64,000 nt of DNA. Source: Balanoglossus misakiensis. Lineage: Eukaryota; Animalia; Hemichordata. The notes under the pieces are model-generated. The model saw only the letters and a program-made list of their open reading frames with translations. It was not told the DNA's origin and searched no databases. The position numbers and the translations under genes were made by a program. The first letter of the stretch is position 1. Every line of letters starts with the position of its first letter. The DNA lies in NCBI GenBank assembly GCA_040954595.2, contig CM082598.2, positions 4,479,097 through 4,543,096 of the forward strand, written 5' to 3'. Of this stretch, positions 22,833 to 35,780 are shown piece by piece.

Positions 22833-25800
22833 CTACTTCAGTTTAATATGCTCTCTGATCATGCTCTCTAGTTTCACAGCGTCGACGGCAAACTTTCGAA
22901 TTCCCTCGGCCAGTTTCTCCACGGCCATGGCATCCTCGTTGTGCAGCCAGCGGAACGCCTTCTCGTCCAGGTGAACTTTCTCTTCGTCGCTTGCCTTGGC
23001 TGCAAAGAAACAACGACACCCATTGGTCAATATCCGCCAAACCAGGACACACAATGTCAGCTACTGCCAATCAGTGTTGGCCTACTATACTAACCCTTGG
23101 AACGCCATCTTTCGCTGTCAAAATGCCCAACAACAGTTTTATCATTTTTAAAATGTCCAGTACAGAAACATTTCCACTATATAAAGGTGGCCACTAATAC
23201 AGGTTTGACTGTGTAGAACCCCTCAGTCTATACCATGACCCAAACTTGACAATGAGGGAGGGTATGTAGAACTCACCTTTTTCAACTGATAAGTGTTGAG
23301 TAAGTTTCTCCGAAGAAGCCTGCAATTTGTCCAGTAAGCCAGGACTGAGGAAAATAAAAGAAAATAATATTATTGAAAGTTTATTAAATTTGTTTTCATA
23401 TTTCATGTTCTGTAGACAGTTGTGACTGGGTTTTCTTGACACAGCATTTCAGCATCCAAACAGCAAGATCAAGGTCGGAGTTCAACTCCAAAACTGCGAT
23501 GTTCTCACCTGATTGTCAGAAGATCACATCCACTCAGCGCTGTTATCTGATCGGGGTTCCTAAAACTGGCACCCATCACGACGGTTTTGTAGTCGTACTT
23601 CTTGTAGTAATTGTAGATCTTCGTCACACTTTTAACACCTGAAAAACGTGAAGATATCATCTCTTGGTTTATTTTCCCTTAATTTTGGACATTTCTACCC
23701 CAAACCAAGACAAAATGGTGTAGCTACAATGAACTGGGGTGACTTATAGTTTAACCCTTTCACCACCATGGCTCAGTCCAAACCCATTGTTTCCTATGGT
23801 AAGGTTGGACCTCCCCCATTTCCTTGTATAGAGGTCCAGTAGTTCCATTGAAAACAAAGCAGTTGGACCAAACCATGGCGGTGAGAGGGTTGGAAGCTCA
23901 GACTTACCAGGATCTTCCAAGGGTTCGAATGTTTTCTGGCCGGTACTTTTCACATACCAATCATAGATACGACCCACAAATGGTGAAATTAGAGTTACAC
24001 CTGCTTCGGCACAGGCGACAGCCTAGTAAAAAGTTAGAAAATAAAACAATATTTTGAGATAGCGTGCAGCATTTCACTTTAAAGGGACAAAGTCTCTCTC
24101 TCGCTGCCCTTTTTTCCATTAATTATGTTTGATACAAGACACTGTTTGTTATTCTACATGTGGATATACAGTGACTCAACGTTCGACCACACACAACTTC
24201 CATCCCGTTTGTAGGATATGAGTGTAAAAATCTCGCCAAAATGAATAAACGGTAAAGACCGATTATTCATTTTGGTGAGTTTTTCATTCTGTTGTCTACA
24301 AGTGGGGTCACGAAACCGGCCCGTTGGAGTCTCAAGTACAGCAAATCATATCAAGTGGTTCTTTCTTCGGAAAAGAGGACGTACACCTATCCAGTGTTTC
24401 GAGACTCTTGATTTTTTTAATAACGCTGATTACCCGGAGTCATGGCGATGGAATCACATGATCGACCCACTAGGAGAATGTCAAGCTGACATTAGACGGT
24501 ATGCACCACACAGTGGTGACGCGCTCACGTTGTTCAAACGCACACTTCGCAATCGTGATATGATGCGTTCGTTTCAATTTCACGTTGTTCAAACGCACAC
24601 TACGTAGTGGTGACGTGACAACGCTCGCTTCCTTTTCCTGTTTTTTTCTCCATTTTACACCACTGCCACGGGCCGACTTGCTACATTTTTTTTAGATTTC
24701 TCACTACCCTAAAATGTTTTTTAATCGATTTCCGCTACCAAGGTTTTTGATATATTAATGTCACAAAGTCAACAGAATTTCAAGGGCAGATTTCGAAAAC
24801 TTCTCCAGTTGTTTTCCATTTTACATCACCTCCACGGGCCGACTTACCCTGTTTTTGTAGATTTCTCACTACCGTAAATTTTTTAATTGATTTCTGCTAC
24901 CAAGGTTGGTGATATAAACGTCACGCAGCCCACAGAATTTCAAGATGGCAGATTTCCTGTTTTTTTTCCCATTTTACATCACCTCCACGGGCCGACCTAC
25001 CCTGTTTTTGTAGATTTCTCACTACCTTAAATTTTTTAATTGATTTCTGCTACCAAGGTTGTTGATATAAACGTCACGCAGCCCACAGAATTTCAAGATG
25101 GCAGATTTCCTGTTTTTTTTCCATTTTACATCACCTCCACGGGCTGACTTACCCTGTTTTTGTAGATTTCTCACTATTTAAATTTTTAAATTTGATTTCT
25201 GCTACCAAGGTTGGTGATATAAACGTCACGCAGCCCACAGAATTTCAAGATGGCAGATTTCCTGTTTTTTTCCATTTTACATCACCTCCACGGGCCGACT
25301 TACCCTGTTTCTGTAGATTTCTCACTACCTTAAATTTTATTAATTGATTTCTACTACCAAGGTTGGTGATATAAACATCACGCAGCCCACAGAATTACAA
25401 GATGGCAGATTTCCCGAAACTGCTTGCAAATTGCGATTAAGACCGATAGCAGGCTGAAATGAACTCCAAACAGGAAGACAATATTCTCACCTGTGCAAAG
25501 GAAAACAACAGCGTCATGTTGCAATGAATACCGCACTCCTCTTCAAGTACTCTGAAAAATATGAAGAAATTACGAACTTTACGGACACTTTTCTTCAAGA
25601 CGAGAGTCAAGGTTTGCATAGAATGTTTCCTGTCTATTAACCCTACCGCTGCCAAGTCAGTTGAAACTGGTTCGAATTCCAGGGTGCCTAGAATCCTGGC
25701 TCCCAGGCCTGTTAGGCTGCCAAGTGTGTGTTAATCAGTAGGGCCTATACAAGACCCTCAGACCAATACAGTACAAACCAGTGCGATTTGGTACATTTTA

Positions 25801-28800
25801 CAGGGGTCTCAGACTGCCAAGTGTGTCTAAGTACGTATGAGAGCCATGTCAAGACAGTCAAAATACGTTTTAGAAGAAAAAGTGGCAAATACGTAGAACA
25901 AGAAATTGCATTTGACACACATAACAAAAATATATATATGAAGCCTTGGTATTAACCTCAAATTCAGCATCACAAATAAAAAAAAAATATTTGCATGATG
26001 TCCACTACATGGTTACATGTATACCATTTAGTCCATTAAAAACTAAATTTACTTTTTCTCTGTTTCCGTCAAAACAACACAGAATGGAACATAACAGGGT
26101 TCTATGGATGATTATATCCCTGTTTACTTCAGCTGAAAACTTACACTGCTAATATAATGACGCATAGATGTTATTTAAGATATGTCATTTTGTTTTAGCA
26201 GAAAATGCACCCAGACAACTGCATACTGCACAACCAATTTACTCTGTCCCACGTACACTAAGCCCCGCATGATGAAATGCCAAATAGTAATTTCTTAATC
26301 TCTCCACTAAGCCTAAAGCCAAAACGATATTTGCGTTCCATAAATAGTTGTAATCTAAATGGTTAGCAGTTTCGCGGTACTTTGAAGGTTTCACTTACTG
26401 TCTTTACAATCTTTTATTTCAAATTTTATTGGGCACGTTGAACACTGACGCACACTAGTTACCGAGAGACTGAATCACGCAGAGTTGGGTTCACGTGTCC
26501 TTAAGGAAATTTCGCCCCAGTGTGCAACAGACAATGATGGACTATAGTTGTTTCTAACCCTGCCAAAGTTTCACTGTTATCCACAGGTCTTTTTAACCGC
26601 AACTGTTTCATAAGAAGAAAAAAAGCTCTTGTTGATTTATCAGACTTTCGTCGAAATTTCCGGGGGGTTACCGTCGAGTTTAAGTGAACACAGAAATAAA
26701 CCAATCAGAAAGGGCTTCTTGTAACACTATCAATGAATATTAATGAGTTTGGTTTGCTGCCATAATTCTCCTATATAGTACACGTGCACTGTACCCAAGA
26801 CATTTCGTGTGACGATTTCTGATTGGCCAATCAGAAAGGGCTTTTCCTAACACTGTAAATGAATATTAATGAGTATGGTTTGCCGCCATGAACTGACGAT
26901 CGTACAAACAAAACTATGTATAGTACACGTGCTCAGTCCAGAGGACATTTTGTGAAACGATTTCTGATTGGCCAATTTCAATTATGTCAGTATATAGAAT
27001 ATCAATGGCATTTCTTACGGAGAAAATGACGATAAAAATAACTTCATGAATTAACACAGCTGCAAACAAGAAAATGAGAAATAACACAGGTCACACAACA
27101 GGATGAAAACAGACAAGTATATTAAGACATAAAAGAGCCTTTTATTTTGATTGCTGAAACTATTTTTGAAGATTAAATGATAATTTGGCTTGATTGGATC
27201 TGTCTTAATTTGCGATAAAGATATAATTTGATATCAGAGTTTTTTATGCTTCACAAGGCACTGGTGTAAGCTAGTGAGGCTAGACAGTCCGATGTAACAT
27301 GTGATGTATCCACTATGACTTTGCCAATACCCTTTGTTCTTTTAGATTATAAAATGTCTACTCAAATCCACTGTACAGTCGAACCTGTCTATAGTGGCCA
27401 GTCAAGGGACTTTCCTAAACTGGCGTTTTTAGACAGGTCAATTGACGTACATGTTAACTGCTCGGGGAATTCAACAAAGTGGCCACTATGTAGAGATGGC
27501 CACTAACACAGGTTTGCCTGTACACGTTATTACTGGGCTGTTGTCAGTAACAGATTTATAAAACCATGGATTCTTAACAAATCCTTAATTTGGGACCCGA
27601 GTGGAATTGGTCAAAGTTACACATGTAGTATAACATAATTATACAGGTATAAACTACAGAAAGAAAAAATTTATGAAGAAATTTATGTACTTCCAAATGA
27701 TACAAACTTGTATGAATGAAAAAAGTTAGAACTAAAATCTATGGTATTTGTCACATAACATGATGTTTTTCATATGTTCATTGTGTTTGAACTCAAAATA
27801 CGAAAAGAAAATGAAAACTTCCCCCCCCCCCCCAATTAGAAAATGATTTGAGTAGTCCTACGACATGTACATTACTTTTTTATGAATCCACTATAAACTT
27901 TAAATTTAAAGATTATTTGTTACTGATACTCGTGAAACTAAGGCTTCCGGGGTAAAGATAATTGTCGGTGGATATTAAGTCCTAGGCAGGAAATCAATAG
28001 CAGAAATTGGATGTTTTCACTACGTCAGGAAATCAAAGCAGATAATGGTTCTACTATAACAAATCAAGGTATTTTGTTTCTTCACAAATAGGACTTCTGG
28101 AGAGTAAACTGTCGCGTGGGGAGACTCGCGCAGTGAGACTCACGTGGAGGCAATAGACATACACCTGAGTAAGCGTGTTCTGTGCACGTGGGCTTGGATC
28201 GTATTTGGGTGCGGTTCGAAATTCCGAGTTTCGGCCATTACGTCTACACCTCTCCTTTACATGGCTGCATTTGTATTTAGTACGCCGGAATACCGGTAGG
28301 TCATTAAAATAACTTTTGGCTATTTTTGTTTTTATCTCACATGTATCAACTCATGGACCATGTTTTTCTCGAGATAGCTTTGAAAAATGTTGGGTCTTTA
28401 CAGTCTCAAAAAAGCCTGTATGTGTTATGTATACGAGTTATGGCAAATTGTTATTGTTGACTTCTATTTCAGTGTTCTGTACACAACTGAGTACTGACGT
28501 GAAAATCCAGCTTATAACTGCTTTGGAACCTGTTATTCTAACAGGTGGGTAATTAAAAACATGGGCACAGTAAACAACTATTTCAATCCCCCTCAATTTT
28601 GAAGTCAACATAAGAAATTAACAATCGCCCACTAAAACCAAATGTCGCCAATACCATCAGCGATCACTTGCTTAACCCTCCCACCACCATGGTTCAGTCC
28701 TAACCCATTGTTTTCTACAGTAAGGTTGGACCTCTAAAGTGGTGAGTGGGGGTGAAAGGGTTAAGGGGGTACACGACACTTACTTGGCTGCTTGGACACC

Positions 28801-31800
28801 CTCCCATGTTGTACTCAGCTTGATTAGAATTCGTTCTTTACTGATTCCAGCTTCTTTGTAAAGTTCGATGAACTGCTTGGCTTTCTTCACCATGGCGTCC
28901 TTGTCGAAAGACAGCCTAAGTCGTACAAAAAAAAGTTTCATTTCATAAAAAAATTCCGAGTCCAAACTTTTTATTTCACATGCCCAAACTTATCTTCTCT
29001 GAAGATCTCAGAAAACAAACACTGAAAAAAACTTGGTGTGTTTAATCATGAAGACACAGTATAGTATACACATATTGACTGGCCATGAGGGCAACAGCAC
29101 ACGTCTGTAACCCTAGGGACTGTGAGTCTATCCCTGAAACAGTTTTGCGGGTGATTCACAGTCCTGAGGGGTGAAAGACATATGCTGTTGCCCAAAAGGC
29201 TAGTCAATATGTGTTTTGTAACACACTTCATCCACAGCCATGCATAAGAACCAAACAAACCAAGAAAAAACACATACCATGTGACTATCAATACATGTGT
29301 GTTACAATAAAACCTGTCCAAACCGAACCCTATCTAATCAGTCCCAAAATCTGTCTATACCAAACACTTTCCATTCCCTTTCACATACCATAGAACCACA
29401 TGATAAAAGACCCTCTGTAAACCAACCATTTTTTCAGCCCCCTCTGATGGTCAGTTTAGACAGGGTTTACTGTTTATGAAATAGAATCTTGTTGTTTTTT
29501 GCCTAAGCTAGATGCTTGTGGTCTTTGCTCGACATTAGTACGAATTCCATATCCTTCCTGAGTGACAAATTATGCTATTGCTGCTGGAAAACCCTCGGGA
29601 TTGACTAATTCCAATAAAACAGGAAATGACAGAGGGTAATTTGGAACGAAAAGTAACATTTTTTTTTCCAATTAATTTGATGATGTCTGTTGTGAAGACA
29701 CATGAAATGCAATACACAAATAAGAAACGACTCATTACAGCGTTTAATACACGACTGCAAGTGTCCAATTACTCAACAAAATGATCAAATCGCAAAGATT
29801 GGGGTTCAGTTTAGGTCAGCACTGCAGGGAACTGAACAACTAAATCTAAATGCTCAGTAAAAGTTCCAGGTGCGTGCTGCAGATCTCTAACATCACAGTC
29901 CACTTCCATACATTACTTTTTTTTTTAAATTTCCAGGTTTGCATACCCATAAAAAGTTACTGGTTGGACGTTTAAAATAAGGTAAGGTTATCGTAACTAC
30001 AAAAACGTTTGTTTTTATTGGACTTTCAAAAGGAAAATTTCTCTTTGAAGACAACGTCGGGAACCCTCACAAAGTAGTATATCATGTGAATAAGAGCAGG
30101 CGAACCAATAGAGGTTTTACGGTATACATTACCAGGGTACTGTAGACACGAGAGTGAAAAACTCGCCAAAGTGAATAATCGGTGTGACAGTTTACCATTT
30201 ATTCATTTTGGCAGGATTTTTACTCACATATCCTACAAACGGGATGGAATTTGTCTGTCGTTGAATGTGGATTCACCATGTATCCACATGTAGAATAACA
30301 TAAACGGTGTCTTGTATCAAACATAATTAATTGGAAAAAGGCAAACTTGGCCAAAACTCGGCATTACTTTCTGATTATCATCTCACCTGGCATCAACCTC
30401 TGTGGATACCCGTCCTGGGACAATCTTCAGAATTTCTGTTCCAAACAACACAAACAGCTTGTCCATTGCAGCCTCTACTTGCTTGTCCACATCACTGCAG
30501 TACAAGGGAAAAAAATAACAACATTTCTCCTGGGAATAATAATCAAAGGCAAAATCACAGTGCAAGGACAGTTACTCCCATAGGTATATGTAAGCGCACG
30601 CCTTAAGGACAGATTTTCAGAAATATCATAGTACTCAAAACCTGTTAATATTTTGCTATATTTAAGTGTGTGGGGAGTCTTTTTGAAATCAAATAAGAAA
30701 ACAGCGTGTTCACCTTCTGTTTTTTACAATAACCACAACTTATATTTTCTCCATAGAGATAACATAGAGATTGGCGATTGTTCATTCTGTGTTATGGTTT
30801 GCGTATTTTTACGCTAATAAAATTATGGTTTTTTAACTAAAAAACGGGTTAATTTTGCAAGCAATAAATTTTCGCAAAATACGCAGAAGCCAAAACAACG
30901 TGAAAATAAAAAAGTTTTACGGAGATAATACGCAGCTAGTGAAATACGAGAACGCGAAAATTATTCCGTGCGTAACAGTTGCTTCTTCTGATATCGGAAA
31001 AAAATTTCCTGTCGCGAAAATCGCCCGTTTTACAGTACTTTACATAACACGATCATTCATCTTCTAATCTCCGTGTACCTCAACACAAAGTATTCCTTTC
31101 TGGATGACGCGTTGAACAAGGAAATCTGACACGTGCATACCACGTATCAGATCCTTGTGCCACACAAAACAGTCTGAAAATAGCATTTTCTGAGCCACAA
31201 TGACGTGCGACAGGTGAGAAAAGACGACACCAACGCACGTCTCAGATGTCTCACATTCAAAAAATCAGAGGTCATAGAATCAGTAGAAATCTCTAAGGTT
31301 TAGTCAACTCCTCATTCTTAAAGTTGCATGTTTCCGACTACACTAAAAACAGATCACTGTTCCCCGAGGGTCTTATTAGAGATTATCTGTCGCCAAGTCA
31401 CTAAGATGGAGTTGAGAGCATTGCACTCAACACCAACGTTCCGTAGCTGCCTGAACAGAGCTTGAAAGTTATGTGGATTTTTCCTAGTTCATGAAAACAA
31501 ATTGAAGTTTCTCTCACTTTTATAAGTGACATTTTTGGTGTGGAATAAAAAACGCATGTAAGGACTTGTGTTTGATGCTTTGTTTTTCATGTGCATTGCA
31601 TGCAAAGAGCTAAACAAATTTGCATGAAATATTTAAATTACGTGCAACCAAATAACAATAGACAAGCAGACATGTTTTATCTACACAAAAGAACATCATA
31701 TACACGTATTCCTCAAGGCCTTGTATTATCAATGCTCTATGCCTTAGCCTAATTATCTCCACTGAAAACGAAATAAGATTCTTACAAGTATACACCAACA

Positions 31801-33909
31801 AAGCCACTTTAATGAAATGCATTTAATTTACCTGGATCCTCTGGATGACCTTTGACATGATAGAGGATAGACAGCCTGCAGGGACTTGTCAAAACTGTAC
31901 AATTTCTACCTGTGGAACCCTAGGGCTTACAACTACCCTGGATTGCTGGCTGCTGGATTAATGTACTTTTCCCAGTACAACAGTAATATGCAAAAGCATC
32001 TTAAATAAGCATGATCTTTCACTGTTTTAATTCCGCATTTTTCACTGACTGATTTAACCACTAGGTTAAATCCCAAGTAAAAATGTAAAAAATACCAATA
32101 TTCATACTCATAGCCAACTTTTTTTTCAATTTCAACCCTAGCAAATGTTCCCTAAACATCAAAACAGTGAAATTCAACCCCATTGAAAATTAATGCTGTT
32201 ACAGTATTTAAAGCTCCAGTTAAACCAAATATGGGTGATTTTTGTGTGCAGTGTGTTTGGTTCAGTCTTGTCCTACTCTGTAGAACATACAAAGAACAAT
32301 AGAGAACAATGGGTTTGGACCAAACCATGGTGTTGGAAGGGTTAAAGTGACAAAGTCTCTCCTTCTAGTTTGATACAAGACACCGTTTATGTTATGCTTC
32401 ATGTGGATATATAGTGAATCAACGTTCGAACACACACAACCTTCCATCCAACTTGAAGACACGAGAGTGAAAAACTCGCCAAAATGAATAATCAGTGTTT
32501 ACCATTTATTCATTTTCGTGAGATTTTTACTCTCATATCATACAAGGGGGATGGAAGTTGTGTGTGGTTGAACGTTCATTCACTTCATATACATGTACAC
32601 TACATGTACATTAACATAAACAGTGTCTTGTATCAAACATAATTATTGGAAAAAAGGCAACGAGAGAGACTTTGTCCCTTTAATGGCAATCACTTACTCA
32701 GTTTTGCTCTTTGCATACTGTACAGCATCGTCCAGCAAGTGTTCATACTGTGACATTTTGCTGGCTGCAAGCAGCAGGGATGGATTTGTGGTGGCATCTG
32801 TCGGTTGGTATTTCTTGATAGCTGCAAAGAAAGTCAGGGGAATTAAGGTATTACATGCCTTGCGGACAGAATTTCTGAAAAAATGATCGTTCTCAAATTC
32901 GTGTAATGCTTTGATATATTGGAGGGTGTGGGGATTTCTTTTTGAAAACAAAGAAGATTACATGGTTTCACTTTCTTGTTTTCATAAAAATCACTGCTTT
33001 ATTTTTCCTCCATTGAGTAAAAACAGAGATGGCAGCCATTTTGAATTTGACGCAATTTTGGTCTCATTCAAAATTTTGTGTGATGACCCCCAATTTTTTA
33101 TTCCCAATTTGAAGAGAGAATAATAATCATCTAGAACATTTTTTCTTTATTCAGTGTTCTCCCCAGAGCTATATTATTATTAAAGCATGGTTGCCAAAAA
33201 AACAATAGAACTTCATTAACATAACAATCACTTTTTTTGTAAACATGACAATCTCTTCTGTTGTTATGCTGTCAGAAATTCCTGAACTGAGACATTACCC
33301 CAAGGTTTACTCACAAAACAAAAATATTGAACAAAAAATAAACAAAAGTTACAGAAAGTGGAGATTTTTATGGTGCTTTGGGCTAAAATACATGTAGTAT
33401 ATTCTCGATGAAGGGTTTGTTGTGATTTTGTCACTTGTGCATGAGTGTGCAATTTTCAATGCAGGGTTGTGCAATTAACTTGTGGTACATTTCAGTCCCC
33501 GATCATTCGGCTTGCAATGTACATACATATATAAGAAAGATTATAACTAAACTAATCAATTCTCAACGTTTAAAATAGTTAGACACAGTACAGGGCACTA
33601 TTTCAGCTGTGTTCTGTCTTCGATCACCGAAAAACTTCAAAGGGGGTGTGTCATCCCTGTCTATGGACCATTGCTTCCAACGATCCGCTGTCAACCAACT
33701 TTGCCGAAATGTCATGCCCCCATTTCAAAAATGGCGACCACCACGCGCCCGCCTGAGCGCGGAGGGTTGAAAACCCACTTTATTCCCTCTGAAACGATAG
33801 AAAACGGGTCCACCTTACCCTCGAAGTCACCAGTATCGGCCACGACAACCGTTAGGTCTTTCAGCTGATCCAGAGCAGACGCCATTTTCGCTTTTTTTGG
33901 CGACGTCAT
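22833..33909 (-). CDS. TALDO1: Transaldolase
   Basis: Exons: 33819-33909, 32698-32821, 30387-30494, 28784-28915, 25491-25551, 23908-24022, 23509-23638, 23277-23344, 22833-22999. Motifs: [41 protein letters not shown] (catalytic Lys), [39 protein letters not shown]. All phases are compatible. Confidence 0.97.
24083..24305. mobile_element. MITE family A, truncated copy
   Basis: TTAA-AGGGACAAAGTC left end and ~220 bp of internal sequence. Confidence 0.75.
24635..25413. repeat. Tandem array, ~152-bp unit x5, in a transaldolase intron
   Basis: Unit CCATTTTACATCACCTCCACGGGCCGACTTACCCTG...CAGAATTTCAAGATGGCAGATTTCC recurs at ~24650, 24816, 24969, 25121 and 25272. Confidence 0.92.
26700..26977. repeat. 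Degenerate tandem duplication (~130-145 bp x2) rich in CCAAT and CACGTG
   Basis: CCAATCAGAAAGGGCTT...ATGAATATTAATGAG...TATAGTACACGTGC...GATTTCTGATTGGCCAAT occurs twice. Confidence 0.8.
28676..28760. mobile_element. piggyBac-like mini-MITE (family C)
   Basis: TTAA-CCCT...AGGG-TTAA. Related copies at ~23755-23890, ~32300-32341, ~48948-49033 and ~61234-61320. Confidence 0.7.
30140..30342. mobile_element. MITE family A, partial copy
   Basis: GTAGACACGAGAGTGAAAAACTCGCCAAA...GGTGTCTTGTATCAAACATAATTAA. Confidence 0.72.
32346..32679. mobile_element. MITE family A, full copy
   Basis: TTAA-AGTGACAAAGTC...GACTTTGTCCCT-TTAA. The left TTAA is shared with a piggyBac-like mini-element end. Confidence 0.85.
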
Positions 33910-33934
33910 GTTGAAGGAAATTTGCACATGCGAT

Positions 33935-33962
33935 AACCAGGAAGGGAAGACCGGAAGTATTG
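33935..33962. promoter_or_regulatory. Transaldolase proximal promoter, ETS/GABP-type sites
   Basis: CAGGAAG and ACCGGAAGT lie 30-50 bp upstream of the ATG. Confidence 0.5.
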
Positions 33963-35016
33963 GAACGAACCATTGACACAGAGGTTATAGTGCACATCTT
34001 TTATAACAGTCAACTACCATAGAAATTATTGTGTGAGGTATAATGTTACACAAATCTATAAATATCGTGCTTGCATTTCATCGGTATCGGTGAAAAATTA
34101 TAGCTTATTTGAAATTAATGATATGTTTTATTGTAAGGAATCCTTGACATCCCATATTTTTGAATAGACCCGACGAGAATGAACCAGCAACTTTTCTGAC
34201 AGCTAGCCCGGGGTACCCGCTTCTATCAGTATCTTTCCTGAACGTGCGTTTGTTTACTGACCCATGTGAACTTTTGTTCCGGGGTTCAAATGTGTGGCCT
34301 GACAGTAAATAGCGTCGTGTGTCCCGTCGTACTTTTCAAAGTTTATTTCAAAGTTTCGTTTGTCATTATTCCGCACAATAAAGATGAATGCCCTGTAACT
34401 GTGGGTCAATATGAACTTGCACTTGTCTCAGTTGACGTACCCCCGATCATTCAGCACAACATGTTACGAAACAAACTCTATTGTTTTCTATTGTTTTATC
34501 GCCTTTATTAAAATTTAACCGTTCTCTTTGCATATCTCCGTAACATTCCTGAAACAAGCCATGTTTTGTGTTGTTTTTATGTTGAGAGCGGGCACAGGAA
34601 TCAGCGAAAGTATTCTCATTTTTTTTGTAATATCGCAGACAAGGAAATGTGGGTATGCTGTGGTATAGCCGAGTACAATAACATCTGCCCTATATCTAGG
34701 GTTGGTCCTACGGAAGAAAACAATATTTAACAACACAGATGCGTGTACTATCAAAAGCGTTTACTGCACCTAGCCGAAAGAATATAGTATCAAAACTATA
34801 TTATTTGTCAGTGTTATATTCGTATTTCCTTGAAATATATTGTACAGTACAGCACTCTATGATAATGCCTCTTGTGTTCTAAACAAATAACTTTTTCTGA
34901 CATTTTTCTGCTTTAACAAAGGAAAAGTTCTTGTTTGTTGTCATTTTAAACGTTTTGATTCTGGACAAGTCATGAATTACCTACAGGCTCGCTGAAAAGG
35001 CAACACACGCACACAT

Positions 35017-35112
35017 TAGCTGCAATAACACTGTAGCCGTGGTGGGTTGGTTGATCGCTGACGGGGGGCTTGATCGCTGACGGCCCCACCAGGGCTACAA
35101 TTATTGCAGCTA
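35017..35112. mobile_element. 96-bp hairpin element with 10-bp TSD (AcademH- or MULE-like non-autonomous)
   Basis: TIR TAGCTGCAATAA.../...TTATTGCAGCTA; TSD ACGCACACAT at 35007-35016 and 35113-35122. Confidence 0.8.
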
Positions 35113-35478
35113 ACGCACACATGAGAGGTGAGACCGATATATCTCATGTGTGACCCGTCTGTCAATTAAACGAAATCTGCAAAATATCGTCGAACTGCTT
35201 TTATCTGGTGTTCTATAACAAGAAACGCCCTTGCTTTGCGAAGACACGACACGTTCACTCGGGTTTCTATTGCTTACAGCGTCCGCTAGACCGCCATGCT
35301 TGTGGGAGCCATTTCAGGTTTGAACGGATGAACGCGCCGTGCCTGTTAGCAGCTAATTGAATCACGCGTGTTCAACTTTGAAGTTCCTGTTTCGAGCGTG
35401 GGTGTAATAAATGAAGACTTTCATTCATTTGCGAGTCATGATACTTTTTTGTCAGAGACTTATATTGTGCTTCTGCCT

Positions 35479-35604
35479 GATGAATGAATGAATGAATGAA
35501 TGAATGAATGAATGAATGAATGAATGAATGAATGAATGAATGAATGAATGAATGAATGAATGAATGAATGATGGATGGATGGATGGATAGATAGATAGAT
35601 ACTC

Positions 35605-35670
<66 letters not shown>

Positions 35671-35695
35671 CTAGATAGCTAGATAGCTAGCTAGC

Positions 35696-35780
<85 letters not shown>
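35479..35780. repeat. Compound (GAAT)n-(GGAT)n-(GATA)n microsatellite
   Basis: Direct reading of the sequence. Confidence 0.96.

Noticed and set aside
24635-25413. Regular repeats as a possible CRISPR array
   Set aside because: Units are contiguous near-identical tandem copies without unique spacers, there are no cas genes, and the context is a eukaryotic intron.
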